From Planctomycetota bacterium (GTDB taxonomy: Bacteria; Planctomycetota; PLA2; JAEUHO01): a DNA stretch of 64,000 bases. The stretch covers positions 96,001 through 160,000 of the forward strand of contig CBDCWP010000008.1 in assembly GCA_965223505.1 (NCBI GenBank). Direction: 5' to 3'. Below the pieces are notes generated by a model, which was given only the letters and a program-made list of their open reading frames with translations, ran no database searches and was not told where the DNA came from. The position numbers and the translations under genes are program-made. Shown here in pieces: positions 56,011 through 64,000 of the stretch. Position 1 is the stretch's first letter. The number at the start of each line of letters is the position of its first letter.

Positions 56011-57018
56011 TCAACGCCCCGGCAGCGAGACCGCAAGCAGTTCGACGTCGTCCGTCGCGGCCGCCCACGCGTGCGGTCTCCCCGCCGGGACCACGAACGC
56101 GTCGCCCGGCTCCAAGCGTTCCGTGGACGTCTCTCCCAACCGAAGCGTCAGCCCGCCCGCCAGCACGAATCCGAACGATAGTTCCAAGTCGTGCGACCGG
56201 GGCTCGCGCTCGATCGTCTCTCGGGTGCGCCGCATCACCCGAACGTCCGCCAGCCCGCCGGTCGCATCGTGAATACCCGTGTCGCGGCACTCGAACCCGC
56301 CGACGCCGGAAGGCGACCACGTAGCCGACGCAGCCCCGTGTCTCACGAAACGCTGTCCGTCGAACGAGCGATCGCCGGCCACGGTGTTCGTCGGCAACGC
56401 GAGCTCGTGATCGAGACACGTCGGATGTCGCGCGGGACACGCCAGCTCGACGACCTCCAGTCCGGCCGACGCCTCGAGCACGCGATGACGGATCTTCGGC
56501 GGCTGCAGGACGCAGTCCCCGGCGCGCAACGTGAACGGCGGGCCCTGGTCCTCGTAGACCACCGTCACCCAGCCGTTGACGCAGTAGATCGTCTGGAACC
56601 GGACGTCGTGGAAGTGGACGTCGTCCGGAACCGGGCCGCCGCTCTCGATGCGAATGTGCGACGCGACGAAGCGCCCGCCCTGCCGATCCGGAATCAAGTC
56701 GCGATAGCGCATCCCCGCCCGACCGGTCTTCCACGCCGCGTCGTCATTGCGCGTCACCACCAGCGACGGCGCAAGTGCCGGCACGTGCGGCCCCTCCGTG
56801 AGCATGCGGAGCGACGCGTCCGCGTCGTCGTGCGCCTCGCTTTGCAGAACGAGCGCGAGCCCGTGGCTCGAGACCAGTGCAACGGACGGGTCGTCCGCCG
56901 GCGCGATCGCGTCGAGGCGAAACCCGAGTCGTTCACGGAAGAAGCGCAGCGCCTCGTTGATGTCGGGGCACGGAACGATCGATAGGTTGCTCGACGCGTC
57001 GGTGTTCGTTACGGCCAC
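56011..57018 (-). CDS. VOC-like plus bicupin protein
   Basis: ALRFFRERLGF VOC-like start; HFHDVRFQ...GDCVLQPPKIRH cupin; second cupin GDAFVVPAGRPH. Start uncertain. Confidence 0.85.
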   Translation of the reverse strand: MAVTNTDASSNLSIVPCPDINEALRFFRERLGFRLDAIAPADDPSVALVSSHGLALVLQSEAHDDADASLRMLTEGPHVPALAPSLVVTRNDDAAWKTGRAGMRYRDLIPDRQGGRFVASHIRIESGGPVPDDVHFHDVRFQTIYCVNGWVTVVYEDQGPPFTLRAGDCVLQPPKIRHRVLEASAGLEVVELACPARHPTCLDHELALPTNTVAGDRSFDGQRFVRHGAASATWSPSGVGGFECRDTGIHDATGGLADVRVMRRTRETIEREPRSHDLELSFGFVLAGGLTLRLGETSTERLEPGDAFVVPAGRPHAWAAATDDVELLAVSLPGR

Positions 57019-57566
57019 AGCCAGCCGAACGTGCCGGCCGTCACGAGGGCGTACACGAGCCCGTCGAAGAGGAACTTGCAGGTCGCGCTCCAGGGCGCGC
57101 CCTTCCAGACCGAGTCGAGAATGGCGCCGACGCCGTAGCCGAGAAACGCCACCGTTCCCGTGATTCGGAACACGTCCATGTAGTTCGCGCCGTCGCCGAG
57201 CGCGAAGCGCGCCAGGTACGCGGCGAAGATCCCGATGAGCAGGCAGTACAGGAACCACTGCAAGAGGCTCTTACCCATGCTCGGGACGCCCGAGGGCTTC
57301 ACGGTCATGAACCCGACGGGGCCGAGCTTGCACTTCTCGATGAACTCCGGGTTCTCACAGTCCTTCATCGACTCGGCGCCCGGGAACATGTATTGGCCCG
57401 GCTTCAGGCCATGGTTGCGCATCTGCTCCAACACGTCGTCTTCACCGGGCATCTTCTGATACTCGCCCTTGTGAATCTGAAGAACCATGTGGATGAGCGA
57501 GCTCGCGATGAACACGAACACCGCAGAGAGCAGGATGGGCAGCCACAGCGCCGTCAAGAATTCCAT
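57009..57566 (-). CDS. Conserved-looking membrane protein (about 4 TM)
   Basis: GGAGG RBS; LWLPILLSAVFVFIASSLIHM; several TM helices. Confidence 0.8.
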   Translation of the reverse strand: MEFLTALWLPILLSAVFVFIASSLIHMVLQIHKGEYQKMPGEDDVLEQMRNHGLKPGQYMFPGAESMKDCENPEFIEKCKLGPVGFMTVKPSGVPSMGKSLLQWFLYCLLIGIFAAYLARFALGDGANYMDVFRITGTVAFLGYGVGAILDSVWKGAPWSATCKFLFDGLVYALVTAGTFGWLWP

Positions 57567-57614
57567 TACCAACCTCCCGATACGCCGGCGACCCCTCCCC
57601 AGACCGGGAGCCGG

Positions 57615-57643
57615 AGCATAGCCAACGCAGGGCGGGGTATCAA
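57615..57643 (-). promoter_or_regulatory. Sigma70-like promoter
   Basis: The minus strand reads TTGATA-N17-TATGCT upstream of the membrane protein gene. Confidence 0.7.
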
Positions 57644-57735
57644 AGCGCCTCTTCGAACCCGGCGACTTCCGGCGACGGAATCAAGTGGCTGCTCGCGCCT
57701 CATGACGAGTCGAGCCGCCAAACGGCGTCGCGACG

Positions 57736-58275
57736 CTACGACTCGTAGTAGTTCATGCTGACGCTCACGATCTTGCGCTCGTCCGTCAGGACGCTTCGAA
57801 GAACGTCCTCCAGCACCTTGCCCTTCGAAAGCCGCACGTAGCACGCCGGCCGGTCATTGGCGTCGAAGCGTTTGTCGATCTCGAACCCGTGACGCCTTCC
57901 CATCGCGACGACGTCCCGCCTCGTGACGCCCGGTTCGACGTGCAGGCCGAAGCTGTTCCGCGCGTAGCCCGCCTTCGCGTCCTTCGGCGTGGGCTCGAGG
58001 CCCCGCAGGAGCGCCGCCACCATGTCGATGCGCCGCGTGCGAATCGTCCCGAACGGCGTGATGCGCACGGCGCCGGCGCGCTCGAGCGGCGCGATCGCCT
58101 TCCGGCCCTGCTCGAACAGCGCCTTCGTGGCGCGCAGGCGGACCCTGCCGTCTTCGGCGGTCAGGTCCCGGACCAGGGCGTCCCAGTCCGGCTTCGGCTC
58201 CTCCGCCTCGAGCGCCGCCGGGCACGCAAGCACCGCGATCAGGGTGATCCAACCCGCCAGCCGTCGTCCACGCAT
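57736..58275 (-). CDS. Secreted hypothetical protein with a HEAT-like N-terminal repeat
   Basis: Signal peptide; LVRDL....RVRLRATKAL...AIAPL. Confidence 0.7.
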   Translation of the reverse strand: MRGRRLAGWITLIAVLACPAALEAEEPKPDWDALVRDLTAEDGRVRLRATKALFEQGRKAIAPLERAGAVRITPFGTIRTRRIDMVAALLRGLEPTPKDAKAGYARNSFGLHVEPGVTRRDVVAMGRRHGFEIDKRFDANDRPACYVRLSKGKVLEDVLRSVLTDERKIVSVSMNYYES

Positions 58276-58762
58276 CGGTTCGTCTCCGTTCGTCCCCGGA
58301 TTGGACACCCACGGGCCGCGCGGGTTCGGGCCGATCGCGCGGATCGCGTCTCGCGACGGATTGGCGCGGCCGACGGCACTCCGTGCGCTCGCGCACGGTT
58401 CGAGGGAATTCTCGGCGCCTGCCATGCGTCCTTGCAAGTGCAAGGCGTACGCCCGCAGGTGGTTAGGGATTCGAAGCGAGGTCGGTTCGCGACTTGCGGG
58501 TAGGTGCGCGCGGAGGTGCAGGAATGGCCCGGTGCGGCACGCAACCACGAACCTCGACAGTTGGCGGTGTGTGCCCGTGCCCGAAGGGTGGTCCAGACGG
58601 CGGGGGCGCACGGCGCGTCGGCCGGGCCATCCCTGCTCTTCCGTCTAGCCGCTCCTGCTGAGGCCCGGACGGTGCGATCTCGAGAACCCCCAGGGCCGCA
58701 CCCATCCCGGTTGGGGGCGGAATGACAGGGACTTCGCGCTACCGTCGTGGCGGAGGTCCGCC

Positions 58763-59221
58763 ATGCGACATCGCGCCGTGCTCGCCGTTCTGCTCGCTCT
58801 CGTCTTCGCCGGGTGTGGCGACGTGTCACCGTCGCCGGCCCGGTCGATCGTCCGGACCGACGCCGCGCCCAAGGCCATCGGGCCCTACAGCCAGGCGGTC
58901 CGCGTGGGCGACACGCTCTACTGCTCGGGCCAGATCGCGATCGATCCCGCGACGAGCAAGATGATCGACGGCGACGCGGCGGCCCAGGCGCGACGCGTCC
59001 TCGAGAACCTGGGCGCGGTCCTGAAGGCGGGCGGCGCGGACTTCGGCGACGTCGTGCGCGCGACCGTGTACGTGAGCGACATGGCGGACTACAAGGCGGT
59101 CAACGCGGTGTACGCGGAGTACTTCTCGGAGGCCAAGCCCGCCCGCGCCGCCGTTCAGGTCGCGCGGCTGCCGCTCGACGCCAAGGTCGAGATCTCCTGC
59201 ATCGCGGTCCTGAGCGACTGA
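58763..59221 (+). CDS. RidA/YjgF/UK114-family protein with a lipoprotein signal peptide
   Basis: APKAIGPYSQA, SGQI, PAR (catalytic Arg) and VEI motifs; lipobox FAGC; GGAGG RBS. Confidence 0.92.
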   Translation: MRHRAVLAVLLALVFAGCGDVSPSPARSIVRTDAAPKAIGPYSQAVRVGDTLYCSGQIAIDPATSKMIDGDAAAQARRVLENLGAVLKAGGADFGDVVRATVYVSDMADYKAVNAVYAEYFSEAKPARAAVQVARLPLDAKVEISCIAVLSD

Positions 59222-59243
59222 CGCCTCGCGTACGCTGCCCCCC

Positions 59244-59885
59244 ATGCCGGCCCACCCGCCCCGCGACGCAGGTCCCGTACTCGCTGCACTGGTTCACAAG
59301 CTCGGCTCGCCGCTGGGCGCCGTCGCGAACTACGCCTATCTGCTCGAGGGCGGCGTCGTGCCCGACGCGCTCGAAGGCATCCAAGGCGGGGTGGGCCGGG
59401 TGAAGACGCTGCTCGAAGGGGCGCGCCGTTGGCTCGACGGCGTCGACCCAAAGCCCGGCTCCCTGACCGCCGACGAGGCCGTCGCCGCGCTCGAACGCGC
59501 GGCGGATGCCCAAAGGCGTTCCCTCTCGCTCGACATTCGGGCCTTGCCCGCGCTCGCGGTCGGGGTCGATACCTGGGTCCTCCTGGGTTCGGAGCTGCTC
59601 GCCAACGCGGCGCAGGCCGGTGACCGCGCCGCGGTCGTCGTCGACGGGGCGGTCCGAGACGGCGTCGCCCGCGTCTCGTTTCGCGACGACGGGCCCGGCT
59701 GGAGCGGCGCGGACGCGGAGCGCGCCTTCGGCTACTTCGTGACGTTGGACCCCGAGTCGCCCCGGGCCGGCATGGGCCTCTCGATCGTCGCGGACCTCGC
59801 GAAGGCCTGCGGAGGCCAGGCCTGGGGCGCACCCCGAACGAATGGGGGCGCCGTCGTCCACATCGAGCTTCCTGCGGGCAACTGA
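59244..59885 (+). CDS. Sensor-less histidine kinase-like protein (HisKA plus HATPase)
   Basis: HKLGSPL H-box; ELLANA, DDGPG and GMGL motifs. Confidence 0.8.
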   Translation: MPAHPPRDAGPVLAALVHKLGSPLGAVANYAYLLEGGVVPDALEGIQGGVGRVKTLLEGARRWLDGVDPKPGSLTADEAVAALERAADAQRRSLSLDIRALPALAVGVDTWVLLGSELLANAAQAGDRAAVVVDGAVRDGVARVSFRDDGPGWSGADAERAFGYFVTLDPESPRAGMGLSIVADLAKACGGQAWGAPRTNGGAVVHIELPAGN

Positions 59886-59920
59886 CCCCTCGGGCCGGGG
59901 GTTGGCGGTAGCGTGGGGGG

Positions 59921-61297
59921 ATGGCTTCCGCTTCCCTGCCGCTGGCGCTCGTCGTCGAGGACGACACCGCGTTCCGCACCAGCCTCGCCGCGCTCGTGCG
60001 CACCGAGGGGTTCGACGTGCGCGAGGCCGCCAACCTCGCGGACGCCCGCTCCGCGCTCGACGAGCGCGAGCCGGACCTGGTCATGCTCGATCTCGAGCTG
60101 CCCGACGGGCGCGGCCTCGACCTCAAGCTCTCCGACGCCATTCCGCCGGAGACGCCCTTCGTGGTCGTCACGGGCGATGCGAGCGCGCAGGCCGCGCGCC
60201 TCGCGCTGCGCGAAGGCGCAGCCGACTACCTCACGAAGCCGCTGCAGCCCGGACAGCTCAAGGCCGTTCTGCACGCGACCCTCGCGAACCGCAAGTTGCG
60301 CGACGAGGTGCAAGGGCTTCGCGGGGCGTTGCGCGACGCCGGACGCTTCGGCAGTCTCGTCGGCCGCTCCGCGCCGATGCAGCGCGTGTACGACCTCATC
60401 ACGCGCGTCAGCGCGACCGCCGCACCCGTGCTCGTCACCGGGGAGAGCGGAACGGGCAAGGAGCTGGTGGCCTCGACGATCCACGAGATGAGTCCGCGCA
60501 AGTCCGGCGCCTTCGTCGCCGTCAACTGCGGCGCGATTCCCGAGACCTTGATCGAGAGCAAGCTATTCGGCCACGAGAAAGGCGCGTTCACCGGCGCCGA
60601 CGCGCGGCACCAGGGCGTGTTCGAACGCGCGGACGGCGGCACGTTGTTCCTCGACGAGATCGGCGAGATGCCGATGGAGCTGCAGGTGCGTTTGTTGCGC
60701 GTTCTCGAGACGTCGTCGTTCACCCGCGTCGGCGGCACGGAGGAGATTCGTACCGACGTGCGACTCGTCGCCGCGACGAACCGGGATCCGCGCGAGTCGA
60801 TCCGCGACGGCCGGTTGCGCGAAGACCTCTTTCACCGGCTCAACGTGTTTCCGATCCACCTACCGCCGCTTCGCAAGCGCGAGGGCGACGTCGCCTTGCT
60901 CGCGTTGCACTTCCTCGAGAGCCTGAATCGGGCGGAAGGCGAACACAAGCGCTTCAGCTCTCGCGCACTGTCGCGGTTGGCCGGTGCGGAGTGGACGGGC
61001 AACGTGCGCGAGCTCAAGAACGTCGTTCATCGCGCATGGATCTTGACCGCCGGCGACGTCATCAAGCCCGAGTCGGTGCGCGCGCATGCCGGTACGTACG
61101 AGGCGCAGGACGACGACGACGCGGAGCGCATCGAGGTCGTCGTCGGGTCGAGCCTCGCGGACGCCGAGCGACGCATCGTCCTCGCGACTCTCGCGCATTG
61201 CGAAGGGAACAAGCGCAAGACCGCCCGCGTGCTCGGCGTGAGCGCGAAGACGCTCTACAAGCGGCTCGCCGAGTACGAGGACGGCGCCGCGTCGTAA
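59921..61297 (+). CDS. NtrC-family sigma54-dependent response regulator
   Basis: REC domain (VVEDD, LDL, KP), GESGTGKE, GAFTGA, LFLDEI, GNVREL and a Fis-type HTH. Confidence 0.97.
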   Translation: MASASLPLALVVEDDTAFRTSLAALVRTEGFDVREAANLADARSALDEREPDLVMLDLELPDGRGLDLKLSDAIPPETPFVVVTGDASAQAARLALREGAADYLTKPLQPGQLKAVLHATLANRKLRDEVQGLRGALRDAGRFGSLVGRSAPMQRVYDLITRVSATAAPVLVTGESGTGKELVASTIHEMSPRKSGAFVAVNCGAIPETLIESKLFGHEKGAFTGADARHQGVFERADGGTLFLDEIGEMPMELQVRLLRVLETSSFTRVGGTEEIRTDVRLVAATNRDPRESIRDGRLREDLFHRLNVFPIHLPPLRKREGDVALLALHFLESLNRAEGEHKRFSSRALSRLAGAEWTGNVRELKNVVHRAWILTAGDVIKPESVRAHAGTYEAQDDDDAERIEVVVGSSLADAERRIVLATLAHCEGNKRKTARVLGVSAKTLYKRLAEYEDGAAS

Positions 61298-61419
61298 GGG
61301 TGGACGCAGGCATGCGACGAACGACCCGTGGGTGCGCGCCACGCCCGGACTCCCCGGCTGTGGAGTTCTTGCCCGCCCTCGAGGCACGTCGCGAGGCTCG
61401 ACTGGCCATTTCAAGGGCG

Positions 61420-61434
61420 CGGAATGCCGGTTGC
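61420..61434 (+). promoter_or_regulatory. Candidate sigma54 (-24/-12) promoter
   Basis: CGGAATGCCGGTTGC has GG-N10-GC with TTGC, about 40 nt upstream of ATG 61476. Confidence 0.45.
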
Positions 61435-61475
61435 GTGGCGCCGGGCCGGAAGGACCAGCGAAAGACGCAAGGCGT

Positions 61476-61829
61476 ATGTCCGAGAGTACCGAAGCCCCCG
61501 CTCAGCCGGCCTGGCTGCTCGTCGATCCGAAGGGCCGCATCGAAGCGGCCGGCAGCGCGGCGGAGCGGCTCTTCGCCATGTCGCGCGACGGGCTGCGCCG
61601 GCTCCGGCTCCAGGATCTCGTCGTCGAGAGCGACGGGGAGGTCCTTTGGCTGCTGCGCCGGGTCGAAAACGGCGCCGTCTGGTCGTCTCTCCTCCCGATC
61701 GGGCTGTCGGGCGTGGTTTCCCGCTGTCTCGTCCGCATTACGCACGGGAGCGACGAGCCCCCGCACTCCCTGGCCGCGCGGCGCGTCGAGTTCCGGCCGC
61801 TGGAACCGGCCGGTAGCGAAGGTCGTTGA
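61476..61829 (+). CDS. Small PAS-like protein
   Basis: LLVDPKGRI..A..AAERLF.MS...L....LQDL resembles the PAS N-terminal motif. Confidence 0.55.
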   Translation: MSESTEAPAQPAWLLVDPKGRIEAAGSAAERLFAMSRDGLRRLRLQDLVVESDGEVLWLLRRVENGAVWSSLLPIGLSGVVSRCLVRITHGSDEPPHSLAARRVEFRPLEPAGSEGR

Positions 61830-61895
61830 CACCCGGTTCCCAACACCGGTTGAATGCGGGTCACGCCGCGTGCGTGATTCGGAGGAATGCCGGAC

Positions 61896-64000
61896 GTGAA
61901 ACACGTCTCGAAGGGCAAGAGCGTGCTCCGCTCGGTTGACCTGGGCGATCCGCAAGCCGTGCTCGCGTCGATCGTCGAGTCGAGCGCCGACGGCATCATC
62001 GGCCAGCGTCTCGACGGCACCGTGACGATCTGGAACGCCGGCGCCGAGCACATGTACGGCTGGAGCGCCAACGAGATGCTCGGCCAGTCGATCCGACGCG
62101 TGATTCCCGAGTCGCTGTTGCCCGAGGTCCAGTTCATCGCCGAGCGCGTGCGCAAGGGTGAGCGCATTCAAGAGCTGATGACGCGTCGTTTGCGCAAGGA
62201 CGGCCGCGTCATCGACGTCTCGCTCACGGTCGCCGCGATTCGTTCGAAAGAGGGCCACATCGTCGGCATGGCGACGATCGAACGCGACGTGACACGCCGC
62301 CGCCGGCTCGACGCGCTCGCCGACGGTCAGCGCCGGCTGCTCGAGACGCTGAGCCGCACCAACCGTCTCGTGGACGGGCTGCACGATCTGCTCGACAGCT
62401 TCGTCGGCTTGACCGGCGGCAACATCACTGCCGCCGTAATGAAGGTCGAGCCCGAAAGCCACCGGCTCACACCGATCGCCTCCCGGCTGCCGCACTCCGT
62501 CGGTCGCGTGCTGCAGCAGGGCATCGAGCTCGTCCCCAACAAGCACCCGAGCGGCGAGGCCGCGTTCCATCGCCAGGCCGTCTCCGTGCCGGACGTACGC
62601 AAGTCTCCGGGCTGGGACCGGCTGAGAAACGCCGTGGTTCGCGCCGGATTCCTCTCGTGCTGCGCCACGCCGATCTTCTCGCCGGCCGGCGAGGTGCTCG
62701 GCACGCTCGACCTCTACGGCAGCGAGGCCGTCGAGCCGTCGCCGGCCGATCTCGAGGTCGCGGCCGCGCTCGCGCAGACGGCGGCGTTGGCCATCGAGCG
62801 GTCCGAGACCGTCGAGGAGCTCAAGCTGCGGCGGCAGGTGCTGCAGGCCGTCAACCAGATCAACGCGCTGCTCGCCGCGGACCTCGACGTCGAGCGCATC
62901 GTGCGGCGCGTCAACGAGGAGGCGACCGAGCTGGTCGGCGCGCAGATGGGCGCGTTCTTCTACAGCGAGGTCGAGTCCGAGGGCCTCGGCTTCCGGCTCT
63001 ATAGCCTGGCGGGATCGAACCGCGACATGTTCACGCAGTTCGACATGCCGCGTAACACGCCGCTGTTCAGCCAGACGCTGACGGTCGGCGCCCTGCAGCG
63101 GTTCAGCGACGTCACGCGCGAGCCCCGCTACGGCAAGAACGAACCCTACGCCGGCATTCCCGAGGGGCACCCGATCGTGCGCAGCTTCATGTCGGCGCCG
63201 GTGATGGCGCGCTCGGGCGAGGTGCTCGGCATGTTGCTCTTCGGCCACGCCGAGCCGGGCAAGTTCACGCGCTGGCACGAGGAGATCCTGCGCGGCATCG
63301 CGTCGCAGACCGCGCTCGCGATCGACAACGCGCGCCTGTACAGCCAGGCGGCGGACCGCGCGAACGCGCTGGCCGATGCGAACCAGCGCAAGAACGAGTT
63401 CCTCGCGATGCTCGGTCACGAGCTGCGCAACCCGCTCGGGGCCATGGCCGCGAGCCTTGCCGTCATCCAAGACAGCCTTCCGCGAGGCACGGACGGCCGC
63501 GAAGCCGCGGACATCCTCTACCGGCAGTCGAAGCACATGAGCCGGCTCGTGGACGACCTGTTGGATCTGAGTCGCATCACGCGCGGGAAGATTCCGCTTC
63601 GTCGGGAGACGATCGATGCCCGCCGCATCGTGCGCTACGCCGTCGAGAGCGCGCGCAGCGTCGCCTACGACAACGACCAGGAGATCGAGTACCCGATTCC
63701 GCCCGAGCCCATCTGGGTGAACGCCGATCCCGTGCGCGTCGAGCAGATCGTGGGCAATCTGCTTCACAACGCGATGAAGTTCTCGCCGCGCGGCGGCGTC
63801 ATCGAGGTCGAGGCGGAGACGACCGGCGCCGAGGCGCGTCTCGTCGTGCGCGACAACGGCCTGGGCATCCCGGCCGAGAAGCTCGAGGCGATCTTCGGCA
63901 TGTTCGCCCAGGAGCACAAGGCCGAGCGGCCGACCGGCGGCGGCGGCCTCGGTCTGGGCCTGACGCTCGTTCGCGAACTCGCGCGCCTGCACGGCGGGTG
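61896..64000 (+). CDS. PAS-GAF-GAF sensor histidine kinase (3' end outside the window)
   Basis: Not in the ORF track because it has no stop. GGAGG RBS; IVESSADGII...WNAGAEHMYGW PAS; two GAF-like regions; KNEFLAMLGHELRNPL; NLLHNAMKF, DNGLG and GLGLGL motifs. Confidence 0.93.
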   Translation, partial: MKHVSKGKSVLRSVDLGDPQAVLASIVESSADGIIGQRLDGTVTIWNAGAEHMYGWSANEMLGQSIRRVIPESLLPEVQFIAERVRKGERIQELMTRRLRKDGRVIDVSLTVAAIRSKEGHIVGMATIERDVTRRRRLDALADGQRRLLETLSRTNRLVDGLHDLLDSFVGLTGGNITAAVMKVEPESHRLTPIASRLPHSVGRVLQQGIELVPNKHPSGEAAFHRQAVSVPDVRKSPGWDRLRNAVVRAGFLSCCATPIFSPAGEVLGTLDLYGSEAVEPSPADLEVAAALAQTAALAIERSETVEELKLRRQVLQAVNQINALLAADLDVERIVRRVNEEATELVGAQMGAFFYSEVESEGLGFRLYSLAGSNRDMFTQFDMPRNTPLFSQTLTVGALQRFSDVTREPRYGKNEPYAGIPEGHPIVRSFMSAPVMARSGEVLGMLLFGHAEPGKFTRWHEEILRGIASQTALAIDNARLYSQAADRANALADANQRKNEFLAMLGHELRNPLGAMAASLAVIQDSLPRGTDGREAADILYRQSKHMSRLVDDLLDLSRITRGKIPLRRETIDARRIVRYAVESARSVAYDNDQEIEYPIPPEPIWVNADPVRVEQIVGNLLHNAMKFSPRGGVIEVEAETTGAEARLVVRDNGLGIPAEKLEAIFGMFAQEHKAERPTGGGGLGLGLTLVRELARLHGG

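Overview
A gene-dense, high-GC (roughly 70% by eye) bacterial chromosomal segment, most likely from a Planctomycetota-like lineage. That assignment is inferred from gene types: an enlarged signal peptidase I after lepA, a planctomycete-style di-heme cytochrome, HEAT-VWA and kinase-RDD proteins, and an ABC/TPR trio. Housekeeping genes (birA, etfAB, lptB, lepB, lepA, rdgB, rph, dapF, nadC, comEA-like, rsfS, dinG/yoaA-like, Leu/Val/Phe dehydrogenase, topA, tRNA-Ile2) are interleaved with many secreted or lipoprotein hypotheticals. There are two two-component clusters, a BlaI/M56 operon with visible tandem operators, and two ABC transporters. I see no CRISPR array, rRNA, transposase or integrase. 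A GTAG-type REP/REPIN family is dispersed in intergenic spaces. The most notable signals are: (1) a TPR-CHAT protein whose catalytic Cys is Ser, plus two other apparent pseudoenzymes; (2) REP ends that coincide with TAG stop codons or with -10 boxes of apparently leaderless genes; (3) a BlaI/M56 system controlling two secreted coiled-coil proteins; (4) a lipoprotein RidA; (5) a paralogous pair of secreted repeat-domain proteins; (6) a Zn-ribbon/TYW3-like protein coupled to dapF. All family calls come from reading motifs by eye, with no database searches, and most start codons are re-called from the ORF track.
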